Source: Octopus vulgaris (lineage: Eukaryota). From it: a stretch of 64,000 nucleotides of DNA. The position numbers and the translations under genes were made by a program. The stretch lies in assembly GCA_951406725.2 (NCBI GenBank), contig OX597824.1:83142001-83206000 (forward strand). Direction: 5' to 3'. This document shows, one piece after another, positions 53,767-64,000 of the stretch (position 1 is its first letter; each line of letters begins with the position of its first letter). The notes beneath the pieces are model-generated. The model ran no database searches. It was given only the letters and a program-made list of their open reading frames with translations, and was not told where the DNA came from.

Positions 53767-54805
53767 CCTTTCTACTATAGGCATGAGGCCTGAAATTTGT
53801 GGGGAGGTGGGGGGGCAGTCGATTAGATCAACCCCAGTACTCAACTGGTACTTGATTTATCAACCCTGAAAGGATGAAAGGCAAAGTCAACATCAGCGGA
53901 ATTTGAACTCAGAATGTAAAGACAGACGAAATACCACCAAGCATTTCACCCCGTCTGCTAATGATTCTGCCAGCTTGTCACCTTAATAATAATGATAGTA
54001 ATAATAAAATGCCCTGATGCATTACCAGGCACTGGCTCTCATGGCTTCTGTTTTTAACTGATTGGAAGTGTTATCATGTACATGTTTTGCCTTGCTATAA
54101 AAGACAGGCTACAGCAAATATTATTCTTAATACCACAGATTTGCTTGTCAGTTGTTTGACCATAACCAGTTGAGCATGTCCCATAGTGGCATCTCTGATC
54201 ACAAGCAGAAGAAGTGGGGAAGTATCATAGCCATGTGTTGAGAGGAATTATTTGGGGTTTGAATAATTCACCTCTGGAAACATGAGTATTTTGTTCATCA
54301 TCCTTAAAACAAACTTTATCCAGGGACCTTTTGAGCATGGTTGGGTACTCAACCTGAAGAAAATTCTAACTGGGTCTAACCTGCAAGGTCATGAGCTATT
54401 TATCTAGATGCGAGATCACCATGTTACACACATATGGTTGTGATGCCTGTACCTGGTGTACCCTTATCAGATGGGTAGTTATGATGGGTATGTTGGTCTT
54501 CATACATTTGTACTCCAGTGTCACTTTGATGGCATGCACTGCTCTATCACTCAATAATAATAATTAGAATTTGTGATAGCAACCAATATCAAACAAAAGA
54601 ATTAACAAGAAAATAATGACAAGGCTTCAAATTGAAGGGCTTAGATAATTATCAATTACAGTGACCTTAATATTCAATATGTACTTTATTTTATTGACCC
54701 AGAAGGATTAAAGATTAAGTTAGCCTCGAAAGGATTTGAACTCAGAACAAAAATGTCACTAAACACTACATTTACTGGCCTCTACCAATACCAATACTAA
54801 TAAAA

Positions 54806-55148
54806 ACAAAAGCACTCAGAGAGCGCAAACTTCCACCAAGGCAACACCAATGTCCTCTCAACGATTAGCCAGAGATGATTTTTAAAATGAGAATATCTGA
54901 AATAAACTCAACTTCTCTCACAAATGAGAATGCTAAAAATGAACCCGAATGCTCTCAAAAATTAAGTAAAAACACCGGAAAAATAATCCGGAATCCTTGT
55001 CCGATACCTGATCAATACCAACGGTAGTCATGGAATGTGAAGGTGGCTGTAGAAAATTTAGTAACAGCAATAAATAGTTTAACCTTATCTAATACAAGCC
55101 AAAGTTAACAAATTCACCATTGAAAATAGTTTCAAAGGCGGAGGTAAT
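54806..55148 (-). mobile_element. HINE-like element copy (same family as 41342); a further 5' part at 55960-56152
   Basis: agcactcagagagcgcaaacttccaccaaggcaacac is the reverse complement of the 41342 element's end; ggcggaggtaat at 55137-55148. Confidence 0.7.
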
Positions 55149-55168
55149 AATAAATTCTACTCAGGAGT

Positions 55169-55576
55169 GGCGCAGGAGTGGCTGTGTGGTAAGTAGCTTG
55201 CTAACCAACCACATGGTTCCGGGTTCAGTCCCACTGCGTGGCATCTTGGGCAAGTGTCTTCTGCTATAGCCTCGGGCCGACCAATGCCTTGTGAGTGGAT
55301 TTGGTAGACAGAAACTGAAAGAAGCCTGTCGTATATATGTATATATATATATATATATGTGTGTATGTGTTTGTCCTCGTAGCATTGCTTGACAACCGAT
55401 GCTGGTGTGTTTACGTCCCCGTCACTTAGCGGTTCGGCAAAAGAGACCGATAGAATAAGTACTGGGCTTACAAAGAATAAGTCCCGGGGTCGATTTGGTC
55501 GACTAAAGGCGGTGCTCCAGCATGCCGCAGTCAAATGACTGAAACAAGTAAAAGAGTAAAAGAGTAAGAGTAAAGA
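55169..55576 (+). mobile_element. SINE family A copy (young subfamily)
   Basis: Full-length match. Confidence 0.88.
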
Positions 55577-57420
55577 GGAATTTTTAAATGAATAGCATGA
55601 GACCTTTTGGTTTTTCTCTTCTCTTAAATTCCGGCCTTCCTTTAGTATCCCTGTTGTTTTAGATCGATGTATAAATGTATGTATATATGTAAGTATACTG
55701 TAAAGTGTTAATATGTATGTATAATATATAATATATACATTATGAAAATATGTTAGTGTTATTTAATTTCTGAATGGTTTTGCTTTCGTTTATTGGTGTA
55801 CTTTGATTTCTTTATCCATCAGTTTCTACTAAGATAAAGATGTGAGTAAAACTGATAATAGAGAAATCAAAATAAAACTTTGGAAACAGCCTAAAGGGAG
55901 ATAATTGAGAAAGACTTGAAAGTCAACATAAGATCATAATCACGTAAAGAAAAATATAACAAATAATCCAGAATCCTTGTATGATACTGTATTGATCCCA
56001 AAATCTAATCAGTTCATGCTAGACACGAGGCCAAACATCCCTGAAAGTTTAATCTGAATCCATCCAGTGGTTCTTGAGATATCTTGTTCATGGACAAACA
56101 AACAAACACAACTGAAAACAATACCTCCACTTCCAATAAGGCAGCGGTAATAATTGTTTCAAATTTTGGCACAAGGCCAGCAAATTTGGGGGAGGGGAGA
56201 GTGTTAGTGAATACATCTACCTTGGTACTTGAATGGTGCTTTATTTTACAGATCCCTAAAAGGATGAAAGACAAAGCTGATCTCAGCAGAATTTGAACTT
56301 GGAATGAAAGGAGAGATGAAATGCTGTTAAGCGTTTTGCCTGGCATGCTAACAATTCTGCCAGTTCCCCACCTTAATAATAATAATAACAAAAACAACAA
56401 CAACAATAACAATAATAATAATAATAATAATAATAAACACAAGGCCACAGATTTCTGGAGTGGAGTCAATTTAAATGACTCAAGTTCACTTATTTTGTTG
56501 ACCCTGAAAGGCTAAAAGACAAAGTTGATCTCAGTGGGATATGAACTCAAAACATGAAAAAACAACACTAAATATCTCAAAGCTTATAACTCCAAATTCA
56601 TTAGACTTTCCATAGTCACTCGACCTGCTAGAAATCGCAGCAAAATTCCCCTTGTGCAACAGCTCATCTTAACAAAGAAGGTACATTGGACAATACAGAC
56701 CTAGATACAGTATCCAAAAATAAGATTCGATGGTCGTGGCTGGAGTGTCTTTCGTTATAGGTCAACTTGATCAAGAGCTGGCTTTGAGCTAAACAACAAC
56801 TCATATATGTACCATAAATCAATAATTAACAACTTAATTAACAGCATAATTAACATCATAATTAATAGCGTCTTTTTGTTTGCATTTTTTTTTTCACTGT
56901 TTAAATAGAAATTTCTATCTAAAACTAATTAATTTCTGAAAATAATGTTTAAAGTTTTCAGATTATATATATTTATAGTGTGTGTGTGTGTGTGTGTGTG
57001 TGCTAAATTATAGTGATGTTCACAAATTTAGATAAATTTGTCTACTCTAGTCAAACAGGAATCTTGACATTTCAAGAAAATTCTTCCATTTCAAAATAAA
57101 TTTGTCTCCTTTACTGCATATAATAAACTGAACTAAATTTGAAAACATTACTGATTTCTCCCCCCAACCCCACCCCAACCCCCTCCCACTATGCAGTATT
57201 AGTTCCCTCTAATTATGGTTTGTATTTTACACTTTATAATAATTCTTTCTAAGCGCAGGAGTGGCTGTGTGGTAAGTAGATTGCTTACCAACCACATGGT
57301 TCCAGGTTCATTCCCACTGCATGGCACCTTGGGCAAGTGTCTTCTACTATAGCCTCAGGCCGACCAAAGCCTTGTGAGTGGATTTGGTGGACGGAAACTG
57401 AAAGAAGCCTGTCGTATATA

Positions 57421-57472
<52 letters not shown>

Positions 57473-57975
57473 TCTAACCCATGCCACCATGGACACAAAA
57501 ACAACAATAATGATAACAATGATGATGATGACTTATGATGATGTTATCATTGTTTCACCTGAGCTTGATTCTAGTTCACCTCACTCATTAGTTTAAGGTG
57601 TGTTACAGAAAGATTCGCCAAAAGCAATTTTACTAACAGCAACTTACTGACATCAATTTACAACCAATAGTTCCTAACAGCTGCGTAATCCTTTGAAGAG
57701 ATGGAAATATTGCAACTGTGCTGAAAGAATATACAGACTTGTTGTGAACTGTGAACCAAACAATGTTATCGTTTAATATTTAAGAGACTTATGACATCTC
57801 ATTTTAGAAAGCCTTTCGATGCTGTATCACTTTTCATACTTTAAGAATAATTCTTGTGTATAATAACTATTTCTTTTTCTATTTTTTTTTTTATTCCTTT
57901 CAAGACATTAATTAATAATTCGCCATTGGTTAATATGTTAATTGGTTAATTGCATGTAGGTGTATTTACTAATTG

Positions 57976-58359
57976 TGGAGGCGCAATGGCCCAGTGGTTA
58001 GGGCAGCGGACTCGCGGTCATAGGATCGCGGTTTCGATTCCCAGACCGGGCGTTTTGAGTGTTTATTGAGCGAAAACACCTAAAAGTTCCACGAGGCTCC
58101 AGCAGGGGATGGTGGTGATCCCTGCTGTACTCTTTCACCACAACTTTCTCTCACTCTTACTTCCTGTTTCTGTTGTACCTGTATTTCAAAGGGCCGGCCT
58201 TGTCACTCTCTGTGTCACGCTGAATATCCCCGAGAACTACGTTAAGGGTACAAGTGTCTGTGGAGTGCTCAGCCACTTACACGTTAATTTCACGAGCAGG
58301 CTGTTCCGTTGATTCGGATCAACCGGAACCCTCGTTGTCGTAACCGACGGAGTGCTTCC
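57976..58359 (+). mobile_element. SINE family B full-length copy with 12-bp TSD
   Basis: TSD atttactaattg at 57964-57975 and 58360-58371. Confidence 0.93.
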
Positions 58360-58469
58360 ATTTACTAATTGATGAATTATTGATAAGTAAGCAACAGTCA
58401 GTGAATTTTCTGGTAGCCAATTAAATGTATTCCGACTACGACATCTTGTTTTTCCATCCATCATCCTGT

Positions 58470-58800
58470 GATGCACCTTAACACATCATCAGTAATGCTT
58501 CTAGGTGGGGTCATTAGTTGTTTGGGGTCATTTAACATCAGACATCCTCAACCCAGGTAACCCAGCCAGGATTGATCAAGTCCCAGCTTGAGTCCAGTTA
58601 GCACCACCCCTAACAGCACTGCTCTTTCCAAGGCACCTCCTGATCCATAGCCATCATGAGGCAGCCTCTGCTGCCTCCACAGCCAGCCAGATGGCCTTCA
58701 ACCAACAGGCCCCTATGATGCCAAACATATTGTATGCCCTGCAGAGGAACTGGCTATCAAACCCTCTGCATCTAACTTTGATGATGCTCTATTACATCAT
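58470..58800 (-). mobile_element. 3' remnant of a restriction-like-endonuclease LINE (Hero/NeSL-like)
   Basis: Minus translation IKVRCRGFDSQFLCRAYNMFGIIG...AIWLAVEAAEAAS*WLWIRR matches the EVGCRGF...AAE.AS.WLW.RR C-terminal pattern. Confidence 0.7.
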
Positions 58801-59211
58801 TCAATATGTCCCTCTTTTTTTATTAAGACAGCAGAATGTAATTTAAGGAAGACCTGGCTGCTATTTCTCTCAGACTGAGTGACCATATAAAGGCTCCCTT
58901 AGTGACTCAGTCTGATTATATTATCCTGCATGTTGAAATAGATGTCATTCCAAGTCAACTTCATGTTTATTCCATTTCAAATAGTTTTAAAGAAAAATAG
59001 GTTATCTCAAATGATAGTCTTGGGTTATCTATGACAACCCAACTTTCTTCACACATGCATGTGTATGTGCATATATATATATATATATATATACAGACAC
59101 ACACATATCTCTCTCTCTCTATATATATATATACATACATACATACACACACATATCTATATATATATACACATATACACACACATATCTATATATCTAT
59201 ATGTATATATA

Positions 59212-59266
<55 letters not shown>

Positions 59267-59329
59267 GTATGTATATATCTCAGACAGAGAACAAAGCAAC
59301 AACTGTATGGTATTCAATGCTATTATCAA

Positions 59330-61060
59330 CTACAAGAGCTATCCAAACAACACTCTCACTGAATGGCAGTGATTAACACAGTACAACCTACCGGTTCCCA
59401 TATCTGGGACAATGTTGGTGATACACACACATACACACACACAAACATCCTAGACATACATCCAAAAGATGCTCTGGCTGACTGAGGGGTAATCGCAACT
59501 ACCTACAACCACTGGCCTACATATCTGGGACAGCATTATCAATATCCATTCAGATGACCTAGAACAACATCCACCGAAGGCCGTGCACACTACCACACAG
59601 TGATACACTCACCAATATACTACACACAACCAATAATGACTCACATTATCTGGAACAAATGTTGTTGATACAGACAGAGGGGAAAATGCTCTAGCCAATA
59701 CTTCACTTCAACAAGCACTAAATCACAGATCTACTGATACACACAAACACATTTCCAAACTGACACACTTACAGATACACTACACCTGCCAGCTTACATA
59801 ACTGAGACGGTATTACCAATAGACACATACGAAAGATCTGATTGGTCGAAGGATAACCATTATTGCACCTGGACAACCACAGACTGATAAATCTGAAATT
59901 GTGTTATTGATACATGCACACATCCAAATTAACTGAAATTGATACGTTTACCAGATACACTAATATACGCTGGCTCAGATAACTGAGACAGTGCTGCTAA
60001 CAGACACATACAAAAGATCTGATTGGTCGAAGGATGACCACTACTTCACCTGGACAACCACAGACTGATAAATCTGAAATTGTGTTATTGATACATGCAC
60101 ACATCCAAATTAACTGAAATTGATACATTTACCAAATACACTAATATACGCTGGCTCAGATAACTGAGACAGTGCTGCTAACAGACATATACAAAAGATC
60201 TGATTGGTCGAAGGATGACCACTACTTCACCTGGACAACCACAGACTGATAAATCTGAAATTGTGTTATTGATACATGCACACATCCAAATTAACTGAAA
60301 TTGATACATTTACCAAATACACTAATATACGCTGGCTCAGATAACTGAGACAGTGCTGCTAACAGACATATACAAAAGATCTGATTGGTTGAAGGATAAC
60401 CACTACTTTAAGGCGGCGAGATTGCAGAAATGTTAAGACGCCCGTCGAAATGCTTAGCGGTATTTCATCTGTTTTTAAGTTCTGAGTTCAAATTCCACTG
60501 AGGTCGACTTTGCCTTTCATCCTTTAGGGGTCGATAAATTAAGTACCAGTTACGCACTGGGGTCGATGTAATCGACTTAATCCGTTTGTCTGTCCATGTT
60601 TGTCCCCTCTGTGTTTAGCCCCTTGTGGGTAGTAAAGAAATAGAAGGATAACCACTACTTCACCTGGACAACCACTGAGTGATAAATCTGAGACTGTGTT
60701 ACTGACACATACACGTATCCAAACTAACTGACATTGGTACACTCACTAATAGACTACACCCACTGGCTAAGTTAACTGAAAGAAAACTAAGAGACACAAA
60801 CAAAAGATGCACTGATTGATTGAGGGCTAAGCCCTATTTCACCTCGACAATTACTGACTTATAAATCTGGGATAGCATTACTGATACACACCCACTCAGA
60901 CATGCAAGACACACGTGCAAACAAACTGACAATGGTACACTCACCAGCACACCAAAACCTCTGCCTCACACACCTGGGACAAGGCTGTCAATATACACAT
61001 TCAGACATGATCAACACACATCCAAAAGATGGCAGTCTCATTGACTAGCAGTGATACACT
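59330..61060 (+). repeat. 181-bp tandem repeat (homogeneous core 59798-60408, degenerate flanks)
   Basis: ataactgagac at 59798, 59979, 60160 and 60341 (period 181). Confidence 0.92.
60409..60642 (+). mobile_element. SINE D inserted in the 181-bp array, 18-bp TSD
   Basis: gaaggataaccactactt at 60391-60408 and 60643-60660. Confidence 0.93.
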
Positions 61061-61065
61061 TACCT

Positions 61066-61481
61066 ATTTCTTTACTACCCACAAGGGGCTAAACATAGAG
61101 GGGACAACCAAGGACAGACAAAGGGATTAAGTCGATTACATCGAACCCAGTGCATAACTGGTACTTATTTAATCGACCCCGAAAGGATGAAAGGCAAAGT
61201 CGACCTCGGCAGAATTTGAACTCAGAATGTAACAGCAGACAAAATACCTATTTCTTTACTACCCACAATGGGCTAAACACAAATAGGACAAACAAGGACA
61301 GACAAATGGATTAAGTCGATTATATCGACCCCAGTGCATAACTGGTACTTATTTAATCGACCCCGAAAGGATGAAAGGCAAAGTCGACCTCGGCGGAATT
61401 TGAACTCAGAATGTAACGGCAGATGAAATATGGCTATGCATTTTGCCCGGCGTGCTAACGTTTTTGCCAGCTCGCCGCCTT
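61066..61481 (-). mobile_element. Dimeric SINE family D
   Basis: A full monomer followed by a 5'-truncated monomer, junction gaaata|ggtattttgtctg at 61248/61249. Confidence 0.88.
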
Positions 61482-61619
61482 GATCAAAGGCAAAGTTGAT
61501 CTTGTCAGAATTTGAACTCAGAACATAAAGAAGTACAAAATGTCACTAAGCATTTTTCTTGGTGTACTAACAATTCTGCCAGCTCACCACTTTAAACCAA
61601 TGAGAAATATAGCACTCAC

Positions 61620-61814
61620 TTGTATCAGTCCCACACGTAACCTTCGTCTGCTTCCTTCTTTTGGTCGGAACAGGGGGCGTGGCCAGCGATGGGACCGTAA
61701 TTTCCGCAACTTCTCGTCGCCGTAAGTGATATCGAGTGACATGTTTCTGATTTGCATTGCTGTGTGATAACTCCTCTGGTAAACTTGCCCGCTGTTCACC
61801 TGGGTGAAGGTTTC
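61620..61814 (-). CDS. FBXO11: FBXO11-like F-box protein, N-terminal coding exon (195 bp, phase 1-1)
   Basis: Minus strand: pyrimidine tract ...ccttctacttttaatcAG|GA AAC CTT... opens NLHPGEQRASLPEELSHSNANQKHVTRYHLRRREVAEITVPSLATPPVPTKRRKQTKVTCGTDT and ends A|GTGAGT. YHLRRR and PTKRRK resemble the FBXO11 pre-F-box motifs YQLRRK and AKRAR (from memory). Phase 1 joins the 31041 exon in frame (A+AT=Asn). The ORF track shows a different frame here. Confidence 0.8.
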
Positions 61815-61879
61815 CTGATTAAAAGTAGAAGGATGGAGAGCATAAGTGACATTTATAAACAAGTTTAATGTTATATCAA

Positions 61880-62285
61880 TAATATTTCATTCAAATAATA
61901 TCAACATCGTTTATTAAAACAACACATTACACTGTTGATTGTTAGTGATTAAAACAACACGTATTGAAAAAAACTAATGATTACTGATTAAAATAACACA
62001 TTAAAGGACCAATGATTAATGATTCAAACTAGACATTAATAATTAATGATTAAACACCAAAGGACCAATGATTTATTAAAATAACACATCAAATGATGGA
62101 TTATTAATGATTAAAACACGTTAAATAAAGGTTGGATCGGTACCATGAATGGTTAAAACAACATATTAATCATTAATAATTAAGACAGTACATTAAAGGT
62201 TTAATGATTAATGATTGGAATAACACATTAAGTGGAAGATCATTAAGTGGTAGATCATAAATGATTGAAACAATGCATCAATGGA
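61880..62285. repeat. Degenerate AT-rich minisatellite (attaatgattaaaacaacacatt-like motif)
   Basis: About 10 imperfect repeats of atgattaaaa(c/t)aacacatta immediately upstream of the exon acceptor. Confidence 0.7.
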
Positions 62286-62509
62286 TGGATCCCTAATGTC
62301 AATGCGGAGCGGAAGATAGGGAAGTAAAGAAGGGGAAAAAAGAATGAATGGAAGAACGAAAGGAAGAAAAAGATGATGATGAAAGGCTGAAAGATAGAAA
62401 GGTGGAAAGAAAGGATGGGGAAATGAAAACATAAAGGAAAGAGAAAACGAAGGAAAGAAACCAAACAAATTCTCCAGCATTCCTACCATGTGTGAATGCA
62501 CACACACAG

Positions 62510-62892
62510 GGAAGCACTCCGTCGGTTACGACGATGAGGGTTCTGGTTGATCCGAATCAACGGAACAGCATGCTCGTGAAATTAACGTGTAAGTGGCTGA
62601 GCACTCCACAGACACGTGTACCCTTAACGTAGTTCTCGGGGATATTCAGCATGAAACAGAGAGCGACAAGGCCGGCCCTTTGAAATACAGGTACAACAGA
62701 AACAGGAAGTAAGAGTGAGAGAAAGTTGTGGTGAAAGAGTACAGCAGGGATCACCACCATCCCCTGCCGGAGCCTCGTGGAGCTTAGGTGTTTTCGCTCA
62801 ATAAACACTCACAACGCCCGGTCTGAGAATCGAAACCGCGATCCTAGGATCGCGAGTCCGCTGCCCTAACCACTGGGCCATTGCGCCTCCAC
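62510..62892 (-). mobile_element. SINE family B full-length copy
   Basis: Family match; inverted relative to 63213-63575. Confidence 0.9.
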
Positions 62893-63212
62893 TACTCTTA
62901 CATTAGAGTAGGTGTAATAGGTTTGCAAATTCCAAGAGTCACTGAAATTGCATCAGCTCAGCAGATTTTAAAATCATGCACTGTCAGTTAGAAAACTAAC
63001 ACACTGAGTCGTAAGATTCTCAGAAGCTGCTACACTTCTGGCATTTTAAAATTCTAGAAGATTTGCATTTTGGTCTTCTGGATGCCAGCCTAAAAAAACT
63101 AAGAAAAAAACAAAGCTGTTGAAACTCCAGGGTTTTTGTTTACAGGAGGATGTAAATAACAACACGAGTAAGGTTAATGAGGAGACATGGATGTGATATT
63201 CTCACTGGCACA

Positions 63213-63575
63213 GTGGAGGCAGCGGACTCGAGGTCATAGGATCACGGTTTCGATTCCCAGACCGGGCGTTGTGAGTGTTTATTGAGCGAAAACACCTAAA
63301 GCTCCACGAAGCTCCGGCAGGGGATGGTGGTGATCCCTGCTGTACTCTTTCACCACAACTTTCTCTCACTCTTACTTCCTGTTTCTGTTGTACCTGTATT
63401 TCAAGGGGCCGGCCTTGTCACTCTCTGTGTCACGCTGAATATCCCCGAGAACTACGTTAAGGGTGCACGTGTCTGTGGAGTGCTCAGCCACTTACACGTT
63501 AATTTCACGAGCAGGCTGTTCCGTTGATTCGGATCAACCGGAACCCTCATCGTCGTAACCGACGGAGTGCTTCTA
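63213..63575 (+). mobile_element. SINE family B copy with head deletion, 13-bp TSD
   Basis: TSD attctcactggca at 63198-63210 and 63582-63594; the A-box segment is deleted between ggc microhomologies. Confidence 0.88.
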
Positions 63576-63637
63576 TTTCCCATTCTCACTGGCAGACATG
63601 CATATACACCAAAACTGCTTCTCAGTTTCCATATACC

Positions 63638-63869
63638 TATTTCTTTATTACCCACAAGGGGCTAAACACAGAGGGGACAAACAAGGACAGACATAGGTAT
63701 TAAGTCGATTACATCGACCCCAATGAGTAACTGGTACTTAATTTATCGACCCCGAAAGGATGAAGGGCAAAGTCGACCTCGGCGAAATTTGAACTCACAA
63801 CGTAACGCAGATGAAATACCGCTAAGCATTTCGCCCGGCGTGCTAACGTTTCTGCCAGCTCGCCGCCTT
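63638..63869 (-). mobile_element. SINE family D full-length copy, 13-bp TSD
   Basis: gtttccatatacc at 63625-63637 and 63875-63887. Confidence 0.92.
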
Positions 63870-64000
63870 ATACCGTTTCCATATACCAATTCCACTTACA
63901 AAGAGACATTAGTTAGCCTGGAGTCATAACAGGAGATACTTGCTTAAAGTACCGTGTGTGTGTGTACGCGTGCGTGTGTGCATGTGTGTGTTTTCAAGGC

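Noticed and set aside
54005-54555. Non-repetitive-looking block between (AAT)n tracts as a possible exon or ncRNA
   Set aside because: No ORF or splice sites; the AAT tail suggests a retroelement 3' UTR, but there is only one copy here so it cannot be classified.
57976-58050. tRNA-like sequence as a genuine tRNA gene
   Set aside because: It is the head of a TSD-flanked multi-copy SINE, and the acceptor stem is not convincingly formed.
59798-60408. CRISPR array or repeat-protein exon
   Set aside because: Eukaryotic context, no unique spacers, and the 181-bp period is not a multiple of 3.
61584-61862. ORF-track peptide ...YGDEKLRKLRSHRWPRPLFRPKEGSRRRLRV as the product
   Set aside because: The alternative frame fits the FBXO11-like motifs and the phase needed to splice to the F-box exon.

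Overview
Eukaryotic, AT-rich, repeat-saturated genomic DNA. The SINE families and dense (TA)n/(CA)n/(AAT)n microsatellites point to an octopus (coleoid cephalopod); this is inferred from repeat content, not from a database search. The only host gene I can support is a minus-strand F-box gene resembling FBXO11/DRE-1. Three short coding exons (61814-61620, 31041-30897, 340-211) have canonical AG/GT ends and matching phases, and are separated by two ~30.6-kb introns; the gene continues beyond both window edges. The rest is intronic. It holds at least four SINE-like families (labelled A-D here; many nested, several with clean TSDs), decayed Tigger/pogo, CR1, RTE and Hero-like elements, TA-, TTAA- and 8-bp-TSD MITEs, Helentron-type HINEs, a 181-bp satellite and Penelope-like fragments. 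The most unusual signal is a recurring module of (TA)n tract + long fold-back palindrome + hammerhead-ribozyme core motif (CTGAnGA...GAAA), probably Penelope-like element termini. Also notable are a Penelope fragment carrying a tRNA-like cassette and a hammerhead, GGTA-biased and self-dimerising insertions of SINE D, and a sense-strand-biased intronic hairpin. Nearly all ORFs in the supplied track are microsatellite or SINE artefacts. Repeat coordinates are approximate unless TSDs are quoted.
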